A stretch of DNA of 64,000 nt. It comes from Paragordius varius. Taxonomy: Eukaryota > Animalia > Nematomorpha. How positions within the stretch are numbered: the first letter of the stretch is position 1; every line of letters begins with the position of its first letter. Positions 25,396-37,709 of the stretch are shown in pieces. The notes under the pieces are model-generated. The model did not search any database, was not told the DNA's origin, and saw only the letters and a list, made by a program, of their open reading frames with translations. The DNA lies in the NCBI GenBank assembly GCA_964247055.1, contig OZ176058.1, forward strand, positions 868,001 to 932,000, in the 5' to 3' direction. A program made the translations under genes and the position numbers.

Positions 25396-25790
25396 CATTT
25401 GCACAAGTTCGTCTTTGAACACTTCAAGTTGGTCCTAAAAATTAAAATTTTATTCAACTATAATTTTGTATGTTTTTTTAGCCGAATTTTATTTATTTAT
25501 TATATATTTATCATTTAAAATAAAATTTTAATTCAAAAACCCTTTTCTTGTATTAAACTAATTTAAACACAATTATTAACCTATAAATATTTTTAATAAA
25601 AATTGGGAAAAATAAAATTACAAAAAATGTTAAATATAAAAAATAATTAAATATAAAATAGAGGGGTGATACACGTATGATTGATAAATCAAAACAAATC
25701 GTCAAAGGACCAACTTGAAGTATTTAAAAAACAACTTAAAGTATTTACAAAACAACTTGCATGTTCAAGGACCAATTTGAAGTGCAAATG
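25396..25790. mobile_element. MITE-like element with CATTTGCAC termini
   Basis: Terminal CATTTGCAC/GTGCAAATG plus internal 16-bp inverted pair ACTTCAAGTTGGTCCT / AGGACCAACTTGAAGT. Confidence 0.55.
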
Positions 25791-25859
25791 CTAACAATAT
25801 TTTTATTTTGATTTTCTATTTTAGATACTTTATATGATATAAGTCGAAGGTTATTTAAA

Positions 25860-26310
25860 AACAAATTGTTAAGTATACTACTATTAATTAGCTCTTCCCG
25901 TTGGTGGTTACTCAAAGTTAGTTCATCTTAATAATTTTGAACCACATTGAAAACAATTGTAAAAATTGAAATTATACGTACAAAACTAATATATAAACAA
26001 ATATATTTTTTTGTAAAACACTACTATAGTTTTACTACCTTTTTTTTCTAAATTTTAAATAACATAATTGATGTTACCAATATATATTTCTTTTTATACT
26101 TTTCGAATTTAAACAATTTGGTTTATTAAAAAATCAAGAAAAACTGCATAATTTTTACTGTAATGTATGTTTGAATCCACTCGCTTATTCGTCACCGACA
26201 ATGCCAGTTTATTTGCATTTAAAAAATTTAATCAATTTTAAACAAGTATAGTAAAAGTTTATCAGCATCTCACCCTATTAAGACAAACGGGTTGATGAGA
26301 AAAATATAAC
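25860..26310 (+). mobile_element. Second decayed integrase remnant, interrupted by MITE A
   Basis: LISSSRWW (about 25885), FVTDNASLF (26188-26214), ASHPIKTNGLMRK (26265-26303), compare IVTDNG..F and YHPQTNGLxER. Confidence 0.55.
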
Positions 26311-27141
26311 TTTTTGTTTTAAATGCAAAGTAAGGAATAGAAATGTAGATTGGTAAAACAATTATTGTTTTTTACTATAATAAAATTATATTGGAAAAAA
26401 TAAGATTTAAAAGGTATTATTGCGTTTTGTAAAATATTTGTCTATTTTGCTTTTGTCCATATAATTAATAATTTTAATAAATAGATGGCATAGAATATTT
26501 CAAAATGAATTATTAGATTCAAAGATTCTTTATATAAAACGCTATATGTTAACAATATCCGATCGAAATTTGATGAAAACATTGTTGTACTCAATTTTCA
26601 TTTTTATAAGCCATAAATTCCATGTTTACTATGGTTTTTTCTCTCTTGGTCACCATATGTTCTAGTACTAACGCCGCTCTCGTTAGTTTATTAATTTTTG
26701 GCTGAGATATACCTATACAGTAGTAATTGAAATTAAACAGACAAATTATTAAAACATAAAGAAAATTTTAAAAGACGACGCCATACATATATTATAAATT
26801 ATAAATGAGCAAAGGTTGAACAGGGGGACACATATAGAGCACTCGTATTCCTCGAAAACAAACGGACCACAAAGTTTTAATCGGCTACAAGTAAGATTAT
26901 TTAATTCCCAACAGTTATCCCGATAAAGTTTTAAACATAAATAGCAGAGTTGTCTCATCGTCGATTGCTCATCATTGTAGAAATAATGCACAGAAAGATA
27001 GTAAAAACTATTTAAAATAATTATACTTATTTAAGCATTAACCTTTTTTAGCAATTTGATTCTCTATTCCTTATGAAAAAAACCCACGATGCCTTATATT
27101 CAAATCAGGGTTTAAAGTATATAGTTTTTTTGAATATAATA

Positions 27142-27559
27142 TACCATTTCCCAGTCTAAATAAACGTTTTCCCAGTCAATCGACGAAACGTTTTCCCAGT
27201 CAATCGAAACGTTTTCTCAGTCTAAACTCAAATTCCAAAAATATAACATTTAAAGAATAAGTCTAATGATTGTGCACTTGTATATACTTGGAAAAATTGT
27301 CATTCAATAATTGTGTTTTTATAAAAAATAATATCCTAATATTACGCTAATAATGGTTGAAAGTTGTTTTTATATTCTTGTTTTGATATTTATCATCAAA
27401 AATAAAACCGTTTATATTGACTGGGAAAACGTTTTTATTTATTGGGAAAATGTTATTATTGACTGGGAAAATGTTTCGATTGACTGGGAAAACGTTTCGA
27501 TTGACTGGGAAAGTGTTTCAATTGACTGGGAAAACGTTTATTTAGACTGGGAAATGGTA
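27142..27559. mobile_element. MITE with TACCATTT termini and a different 21-bp subterminal repeat (ATTGACTGGGAAAACGTTTCG)
   Basis: About 39-bp perfect TIR, TA on both sides (27140-27141, 27560-27561). Source of the IDWENVS repeat ORF. Confidence 0.9.
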
Positions 27560-28508
27560 TACATATGATGTTTCTACGAGTGTGTTTATAAACTTTAATT
27601 TTTACTAAATCTCCAAATAAACACTCACTTGATAATACTTTTTTTATTAAAACGTACGGCTAACAAACGCAACGCAATCAAATCTTAAACTTGAACAAAT
27701 TGTAAGGCAATGACAGTGTAAGAGATTTTTACGAAATACCCTGCATGAAAGCTTCGATCTTCCAATAGACTAAATTCTAATAAATATTAATGTGTCATTA
27801 GTAAAATTAATCAAACAGTTAAAACTAAAAAACAAATTGAAAGAACAATCATATGTTTTACTATTTGTCTTTAATATAAATAATGGTTATGTGTTAAAGA
27901 ACAAGGAACGTAACTTGTTACTATACTCAAAAAAGTAAATCAATTCATTATTAACATTCAATTTTTTACATTTTATCATAATTTAATCAAGTACAGATAG
28001 CTATTTTTATTTTCTATTTTAGAGATATACAATTAGCCTAACACACTTAGTTTGTATTCATCTGGTTATATAGTAGCATAAATTTTATTTTTATGATATA
28101 GGAATTGGCTAAAATGAGTTAAAATTTGTATTGCTGCCTAATGTTTTTCCTTTTTTTTGTATTAAAGTAAAAATATACTTGTCCTTCTTATGTGTTAACT
28201 CTCTATATATAATACATTGGTTGTGAATTTAAATGATTTTAGTTACAGTATGTGAATAAATATACATTGCTGGTAAGTTATTATTTGTTGCCAAATAGTA
28301 TATACAACAAAGAATATTATTGACTTATATTTATTTAATTCACTTTATACTCTATTATTAGCCAATAATAATTCTCTTTGATCAATAACTTTCTAGCAAT
28401 ATAAACTTATTCGCACTCTATATTAAATTTGAGTATGAATTCGTGCATCGATTGTCATTCTAATATCTAAATTATATAATATGCTATGTATAGGGAAAAA
28501 TTGTGACA

Positions 28509-28547
<39 letters not shown>

Positions 28548-31500
28548 TTATAAATATACTGAATTTTTCATATTAATTCTTATATATATAAATTGGCTAC
28601 TTATTAAATTAATATGTGTAACTATCTTCAAACTCAAACCTAATAAAAACGAATTTCTTACGTGTCCTCAATTAAACATCCAAAATGGCCAATAATAGCT
28701 CTTGTTACTGTATAAATATAATGATTGTTTGCTGAATTGTACTTTTTTAATTTTGATAAAAATATATTCCAGTCATTTATTGTGAAAATGTGGAAGTGGA
28801 AGTTATGTAAAATTATATTAATAAAGAAATTTATATATTTGGAGGAAATATAAATAGAAAAAAACTAGAATTAAAAAATATTTTTTATGATATTTTTGCA
28901 TGATTGCGTCCCTAAATGGAAGGTGAATATAAATTTTTAAAATAAGCTATTTTAGTAGGTCCCGTTTACTAGAAGAAATAATTGAAATACAGATAACATA
29001 CAAAAACATAAAGACAACCATATTTATATATAAACATAACCATAATTTTTATAAAACTTATTTTAATTATCGTTTTCGATTTAAGATAAAGTAGAAATGA
29101 TATTAATATCCTACTCATTATATATATTTCAAATTATAAATACAATAAGAACTGGAATTTTACGGACAAAACGTAAAAATATAAAGACTAATAATTTTTT
29201 CTGAAATACAACTATACTTTTTATATCTTGATTTATTTCAATATAACTCATTGTTTTAAATGGCAAAGTGTGAAATAGATATATATAATACTAACACAAT
29301 CAATTTTATATTTTACAATTGTAATTAAGTTTAGAAAATTTAAGGTTTTGAAAAGTATATTTCTCAATATTTGTTTTTATATTTTCACAGTTTGTCCGTA
29401 AAATGTCAATGTGTACTGTAAATAAATTATGTAGGATAAACTTAAGGTGTAAAAAAGTATGGTTTCTTCAAATATAAATAATCCTTTAAATTTTGTTTAT
29501 ATCTTAAATATTTTTAACTTATTTACAGTGTAAATTTATGGGATTTTAATAAAAATAGTCTCACAACCAAAAATTTCTAATAAGATTATTAGTGGTAACC
29601 TTCAAACATGAAGACTAGAATGGTATTTTAATTTCACTAAAAATATTTTTTTGTGATTTAGAATTTTTCGATTAAATTTATGTGTTAAAACACTCAAAAT
29701 TAAAAAGACAGAGTAATAATAATTATATAGCTTAATAAAAATTTAATTTATCCATGGATTATTTTGCAATAAAATACGTCATCTATTTAATACAAAGTTA
29801 TAGGCTGTAAAAGATTAGATTAATTATGTTTGGTTCATTTTTATGGGTTTAAAATTAAAATAGTATTTTTAAATGTGCATGCTCTGTCATCTATTTTATT
29901 TCATATCAAGAAAAAATAATTATTTTCCCCATGTGTTTTTAAACTTTTTAATACCTACTTTTCGTAAGTTTACTATGTAATTTCAATTTTAGCTAAATGA
30001 GTGTGTTACCAATTTTTACCTCGATTTTTAATATTGCAATAGAAAACGATGACTTATCATAATAAAAAATATGTTTCCATTAAAAAATTTTTATTTTCGT
30101 TTTTAACGTAATAAATAGATGGTATTTAAAATATATATTAATATATAATAAATTAAAACTTAAATGGTATATATATGCATTTTAAAAAACTTATAAGGTT
30201 AGGTTTTCCATATAATATCGATATACTTTGGAAATAATATTTTTATACGCCATTTTTCGCTTTAATTATTGCGATAAAAAAATGCTTAAGTCTTTTTTAG
30301 CTTAAATAAATTTTTTAGATGTAAAATATCAAATACTTTTTACACATAAATATTTCGATGACCGCATATTCTATAACCTTAATTTAAAACGTAAAATCCT
30401 TTATAAGCTAAGTCAACAAGTTCAAGCTATTTTTATTAGGCAAATTAAATATAAAAATGGCATTCAAAATATTTCAATTTATTATGGGGAATATCAATAA
30501 ATATTAATTTGTGAAAAAAATCTGTATAATTTTTAGAAAACAACAATGAATAGAAGTTTTTAAAATTTTTTTATATATTAACATCCATTTTCAAAAGCTA
30601 AGATCTATTTATTGTGTTGAAATATTTTGAGTTTGATTTAAATTGGTCCCCTTTATTGTCGACCAATCGGTAATACAATAGAGTATTGTATAGGACTAAT
30701 GCCTTTAAGTACAATATACAAAAACATCATTAAAAATATAATTTTTTAATTATTAGTCGGCAAAAATCAGCATTTTGGATGAATGGGCAACATAATCGCA
30801 TTTTAAAATAAGATGTTTATTTTAATTTGATAGACTATAACTAATAGTATAAAAATGTAAATACCTGATTTATGTTCAATAATAATTATCCAAAAACAAC
30901 TTTAAATTGTGATTTTCTATAAGACTTACACAATACCCTTAAATGTATCTTAACTGAATAATATGGATGAAATTTTTATGAACTTATAGATAATTATAAA
31001 CTTATTTATAATATACCGAAAATAGATGTATTTATATTTTTGAGAAAGGACGCCCTATAATGCGCCCCCTGAGATGTTTAAAATATACAGAGCTTATTAA
31101 GTATTATAATCAAGGTTCATGTCCTTGGTTTTTAATAGGGTACTCGTTTTTAACTTATTATCGTTTAAGGTAAAATATCCCACTCCTAATATACTAGCTG
31201 GTGGTTATCCACTCAATGATCGAAAATACTTTAAAATGATTGTTTTATTCCGTTTTGAATATATCTGCAGAGTTAATTTGCCAAATAGAATATAGTGAAG
31301 ATTAATAAAACTTTTTCGGTATCTATCAAACAATGGCCTATGGCAGTAAATAAATACCATAATTTTCCCTTACAACCAAAATTGATATAATGGGGTCCAT
31401 TGATAGTCCGAAGCACAATTTCATCATTTATAATTGGTTATAATTAAATTTAATTACTTCCTATCATAAATTATTTTCTAATATTGTTTTATTAATTTGT

Positions 31501-33249
31501 AGATCGATAATTATATAGAAATAATCATAATACACATATAATTTTTCGTACATTTATCAAAACAGCTTGTCCTTAAAAACAATTCTTTTTTCATAAAGCC
31601 CTATTTGGAATGTTACGAAATCCAAAAAATTTAAATAATACACGAAAGTCATATAATTGCCGTATCAATTGATAATCTTTTACTATACAAAATTTGTGTT
31701 ACATCCACTCCGATTAGTTTTAAAGAAAATATAATTATATCATAATTAATATGGTTAATAACTTACATATTATATATACCTAATAAAAATTAATAGTATT
31801 CGTGTAATTTTTGATTCAACACTTCGATTCGAATTGGGTTATCTAAATACCCCAGACTAAATTTAAATTAATATATTTAAAAAACTACTGAAGGAAACGG
31901 TACTAATTTAAATTTATGCTTCTATCCTGATAAATATTATATAAATATGCCAAAATAGCTTGATAAAATTTTGTTTAGAAAAAAAAGTTCCATCTCAAAC
32001 TACTTCGACGCCATTTTCATTTTACAAATTTTTTGCAAAATATCGTCTTTATTTAATTTTAAGGGTAAAACTAAAGCTAATTTTTTATATAAATTACATT
32101 TAACATTGATAGAAATAGAAAAAGCGGTATAGTATGTATAATTATTCAATTTTACAATTTGACACATGTCACGTTGACGAAATTTTTACCTTTCGGTTTT
32201 AGCTTAAAATAAGTTAGATCAAGTATTTATGAATAAATTTTTAATATATTTCGGTTTATTAATGTTATATAAGTGCAAAATTTTCCCATGGTTTCAATTG
32301 CTTCCATATTTTTTAAAAATTTAGTTTTAAACAGGACTGGGGTATCCAACTACCCCAATTCGAATCGAAGGACTAAAATGAGTGTGTTGTATCCAAGTGT
32401 TAATTGCAATAGAAGTGAATATTGGTATACATGTTAAATGATTTAATAAATTTAAAATATATCATAAATCAAACTAAATATCCTAAAATATTCTTTCTTA
32501 AATTGGTTTTTTTAATGTGTAAAACTTATAATTATTGTAAAAATGCATCAAAAATAATTTTATAAAAAATATTTATAATTATTTAAGGGCCGTTTATCAG
32601 TCAAATTTTGAATAGAATATATATTTATATATATATATATATATATATTATAACTATATAGAATTACAAGTCTGATTTTATAAAAGTTTTTTTATAAGCC
32701 TTTATTAGGCTAAATTTGATATCTACTCCAAAAAATACATACGTTTTAAATCTAATTTAATTAAGTTTACAAATTATGTGTATATTTTGATTTGAAAACC
32801 ATAGATCGATGGTGATTCTCTTTAAAAATTTCCTAAATCTTAAAAGTAATTTTACAGTATAGTATTTATACAGTTTATAAAATTAAATATATATATATAT
32901 ATTTGGTAAAAGACAAACTATACTTTTTATTACCCTTTTTTTCTTTTCTTACAGTTATGTAATCTATATGGGGCTGGTATTTACGTTGCCATTTAAGGTG
33001 TATTGTTTTTTTATGATATTAAAAAATATTTTTAGTAAAAAGATGTCAGATATTTAACACATTATATAATCCCTACAGCTTTAAATAAAAAAATTGTATC
33101 GATAATATTTCTTTTTATGATATATTTGTAAAACTAAAAAATTAAAAATATTTACACTCTCTATAAAAAATTATTTTGTTTCATAAGGGATAACGAAAAC
33201 ATTCTTAAAAAAGCCTTGGTCTGCCTCTTTTATATATCTTTAATTTTTG

Positions 33250-36125
33250 GTCAAATAAAAAAATCTCACATTTCAAAACTAATACAGTCCCAACAGTCAA
33301 AAAGGAACAACACCCATACTTTCACACAAACGAGCTATTTAATATCACCGGATGAGTCAAATCCCAATAGTAGGAACCCGCCGAATCCACTAGTGGCAGA
33401 CATTCGAGACGAAATAATGATCCTATGTTCTGACCTATCCCTAAAGGAACAACCCCCGAAAACCAAACTATATAGAGCGTCTATATTAACCACAACAAAT
33501 GCCATCCTAATTATAGAGGGGCCTCCTAAGCAATATCGACACCGAAACGATTGAAATCAATTGATAAACATAAGTAGTAATCCTTCTCCCTGAAGAACCA
33601 GCCACTTTTGACGGAAAAGAAATGTCTGAGTTAGAGCATACTCTCGTTTTGAAATAAAAAAGCAAACTAACAGTATGAATCTCGTCCCTAGCAATGGTGT
33701 AACCTACAATACGCGAAAGAGATTTGATCTACACTACTTCCTTTTAAAGAAAATTCTCTCGTGCATTAAATTCGGCAATATCCCCTCTCATTGGAAAATC
33801 ACAAATTCAATTTAATTCCAAAAAAGTCTTCCCTTGATATTGTAAAAAACTGGTGTCTAGGGTTGTGCTGACCAGGTCATGACCTGGTCAGTGACCACTT
33901 ATTTATTGACGACGGTCATTCCAAAAACAGCTGTCTTTTGAAAAATGTTGGTGATTTTTTTGGAAGAGAAATAGTAAGATTTTATTGTTTTTTATTTTAT
34001 TTTTAACAAATATAAATAAAATATTTAAATATGCTTATTTAAATAAAATTGTTAAACGTTCATATTTATAAGATAAGAATCCATGTCCAGTTATTTCGAA
34101 AAACAAAAACAAGCACTTTGCAGAATATGCAATTAATCCATATATGTAAACCAATAAAATGAAATAACATTTTATAATTGGATATTACAATGATTAAAGA
34201 GAGTGTAAAACAAACTAAATAATATTTTATTTAAAGGGCCACAAACAAGTGGCAAAATTTATTTGAAAACAAAATTCTTGATTAAATTTTATTCAAATTT
34301 GTAAATAATTAATATCAAAGAAATGTATAATATAAACTTTTAAGAAAAAAGACATTATTAGTGAAACGCAAGTGTCGTACCAACATTATTTTCGCAATCC
34401 AATATCGCATGATACTTATTTAAATGAAAAGTGGTCATCGTGATCATGACCATGGTCTGACTGGGTCTTACCGGACTTTTTTGAAAAAGCAGTCAAATGC
34501 ACAACCCTACTGGTGTCTCTTTTCTGCAACACCAAAATCACGGCACTTATATCTGATAGGATCACCAACTACGCAAAACTTCACACCATTTTTAATCTTT
34601 CCCAAAAGGTGCAGGCCATGAGACGGTAGCCCCACACCTTAACATAAAAATAATCTCCTAAATAACTCTTAGTGGTTTCAACCTCATTAGTGATATCTAC
34701 GCCAGATCGTTTATGACAAAAACGGTTCCATCAAGCTAAGACCATTCAACTCTGAGGTCAAACAAGACTGCTCAATGTCTGGCACTTTGTTTAACCTCGT
34801 TATCACTGATACGCTAAATCTTAGAAACGTCAGCAATGCTTTAGCTCACAGGACGATAAATGTTTTCTATCGCAAGATATACCACAAACATAAAAACGCT
34901 ATAAAATCGTCTTGCAGATAGTGAGCAAATCGGACTTCTTCCGAAACCGTAAAAATGCAATTAATTGAATAATCATAGCAGCCGTTTTCAATAACTTAAT
35001 CGCCAATTAATCTAATTAAAGATACAGAAACAATCAATTTCTTAGTCAATACAATCGGCTTTCATTTCTTCAAATTCAAACTTATCTTGTCGGCAAAATC
35101 AACCAATCCAAGCTCAATCCTGCGCAGAAACTCAACGCAATAAACATTTTCTTCTTTTATCCAACCCTAGCTGGTCAAACTTTACAACTTAACTACAATA
35201 TTAGTACCATTGACAATAAAATATGTAAAACATTGAAAGAAACTTGCTGTCCCAAAATATGCGGCCAATAGTTATTTATATGGCTGACGTAAAAAAGGGC
35301 ATTAGGGCTTCCCTTAATCGGTGATACAAACATATTCCGGATGGATTCAGGGTCTAAATTAACCAGCATGATGAAGTTGTTCGAACCGCTTTCCTTGAAC
35401 AAAGAAAAGTCGCAGGAGATTTAAGCTCAATTTTCCGTTATCTTACAAGCTTGATTTGTTCCTATCATGGAATACACTCTACTCGAGGAACGGAACCTAT
35501 GATGATACCGTTTGGACCAAAGCCCGAATGGCTTCAAAAAGCCTTTAAGTCAACTGGTAGCTCGATCCAACGCCTTCGACCACGTTTAAGAACATTACAA
35601 TCGAAATAAGCGATCGCCACAGATTAGTGTCTCTCCTGCGCAAGTGGAAATGTTACATTGATCGTGTCAAACTTACCGCTTCAGGGAAAAGTTCAATGTG
35701 TTACACAACACAACGCCTCACATTTCTCTATAACTTCAACATAAGAAAGCATTCTGGTAACTTGTACGCCAAGCGTGGCTGAACTCATTACCCGCGAACA
35801 GTCAAGGGTTCGCAAACTCATACGACTCAATTGCCGGCGATGCAATGTAATCAGCGAATCTCCAGGCGACATTTTTGGGTACTGCGCCATTAGCAGTTTT
35901 CGAATCAATTTCTGACATGAAAACATAGTTACCACATAAAACATAACCTTTCATTCAACGCGAGGTTAATATCCGAAACCAAGCAATATACTCCTCTAGA
36001 AAAACCCTGATCTCGTGGGGCTGTGGACAAAAGTGTCTTATCATCTATCCAATAGTCGCATACCAGAAAAGTCCCCATGCTCTAGACCAGGAGTGTACAG
36101 CTTTGCTAGTTACGCCAATTCTATA
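33250..36125 (+). mobile_element. Heavily decayed restriction-like-endonuclease non-LTR retroelement (NeSL/Utopia-like)
   Basis: Frameshifted remnants: CIKFGNIPSHWK..NW (about 33760-33852), VKQDCSMSGTLFNLVI (34757-34804), zinc knuckle CRRCNVISESPGDIFGYC, (R)HENIV and PDLV (35830-36020). Boundaries approximate. Confidence 0.7.
33858..34509. mobile_element. Non-autonomous hAT element, 652 bp
   Basis: TIR TAGGGTTGTGC / GCACAACCCTA, 8-bp TSD CTGGTGTC at 33850-33857 and 34510-34517. Confidence 0.9.
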
Positions 36126-36139
36126 ATAATGTTTAAAAA

Positions 36140-36460
36140 ATAAATTGTTGTGTTTGGTTGATTAATTGTTGTCTTTGCTTAAAAAGTAATGCATTTGCTT
36201 AAAAAATGATGTCTTTGATTGGAAGAGGGTTGTCTGAAAAATATTGTCTTTGCTTCAAAAAATGTTTTTTTTGCTTGAAAAAATAAAATGTTGTTTTTGC
36301 TTTAAAAATTGCTTGAAAAAAAATGTTGCCGTATGAATAATAATGTCTTTGGTTGGAAATGTTGAGTTTGCTTATAAAATAACTTTGCTTAAAAAAATGT
36401 GGTTTTTGCCTTAAAAATTGCCTCGTTTGCTTGTAAAAATGTTGTGTTTGCCTGAAAAAA
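36140..36460. repeat. Degenerate minisatellite of about 22 bp (TTGTCTTTGCTTAAAAAAATG)
   Basis: More than 10 imperfect copies directly after the decayed retroelement. Confidence 0.7.
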
Positions 36461-37286
36461 TAATATAATGAGTTAAAAGTATGGGTTATCTTTTTTGGAA
36501 AATTTTCTTTTAATTTTTACTTTGTTCGTATAATCATTTTTACTTGTAATGAATATAATAAAAATTATAATAAATTACTCACATAATTTTTTATTCGATA
36601 AATAATTTTAGAAACAGGGTCAAAGTCAATGTTGAAATAAAAAATAATAACATATTTTTTAAGCTAATTAAAAATATTTATAAACTTTTTAAATATGATG
36701 TAACAAATTTATTATTTGACAAAAGCGTCTTAATTAAACTAAAACTAAGAATTATTATATATTATATATATATATATATTAACGCAATTAATATTTTTGC
36801 AAAAAAGATAAATTTATGATAAATTTTTTAAAAAATAATAATTAGGAAATAAACCAATATAATTAAAATATTATAAATAGGAATAATATTGATTGAAAAA
36901 ATGCAGTGAAATATGAATTATAGGACAAAACGTTAAAATATATATAAAAAAAATTAAAATTAAAGCTTAATTTGTCATATAAAAAAACATTTAATTACAA
37001 TTGTAAAATATATTGATTATGTTACCAATTTTTATCTCTATTTCATAATTTGCAGTTTAAAATAATAAGACTATAATTTAGAAAATTAAGTTTCAATTAG
37101 TATGGTCGTTTTGATAAAAAAATATTTGTCTTTATAATTTAAGGTTTTGCCCGTATAATTTTAGTTTTACCATACAATAAAATATGTTTATCCAATATAA
37201 AATCAGAATAAATTTAATAAAATATAAAAATTAAAATGGATAAAAAAATGTAAAAAATATTTTTCTTTAAATTCTTAATTTCTATT

Positions 37287-37639
37287 TCATCGCTTCTTTC
37301 CCAAACCCACGTAAGATCTCGCCGCATAAAAGTTATGATATGGATTATAGTAAGGTGTTGGCTTGGGACTTGAATAATAAACATTTGGTGTTGTGGCTTT
37401 TTTCTGTACGGTCACAGCTGGTTTTGGGCTTAAAACATCAGCTGATTTGATTGTTGGAGTAACAGATGATACGGTTATAGGGCTTGAACGCGTAGACTTT
37501 TCAAAAACAGCTGAGACATTTTCTACGAATGGCAAAGATATAATTAGAGATGATTTTATTGTTGGAGTAACATTAACAAATTTTAACGTTGTATAATTCT
37601 CTAACGTAATAGTCTTTTCTGACTTGTTTTCAGAATTCG
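37287..37639 (-). pseudogene. 3' part of a TE-disrupted terminal exon: Ser/Thr/Pro-rich protein ending YYNPYHNFYAARSYVGLGKKR-stop
   Basis: 117 open codons in relatively GC-rich DNA with an internal VTPTIKS repeat. The first 22 residues of the tracked ORF are MITE-derived. Confidence 0.65.
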
Positions 37640-37709
37640 TATACCATTTACAATTCAAATTCACCCTTGAACAATTCAAATTCACCCTCGTACAATTCAA
37701 ATTCACCCT

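Noticed and set aside
27353-27568. ORF with IDWENVS heptad repeats
   Set aside because: It is the translation of a MITE's 21-bp subterminal repeats.
31045-31169. 41-codon plus-strand open segment with AG and GTAAAA ends
   Set aside because: No homology recognised and no partner exons; compatible with chance.
35193-35944. Minus-strand ORFs of 69 and 83 aa
   Set aside because: Antisense to the decayed RLE retroelement.
37640-37706. NLNCTRVNLNCSRV N-terminus of the 139-aa ORF
   Set aside because: MITE-derived, starts at GTG and lacks a good acceptor.
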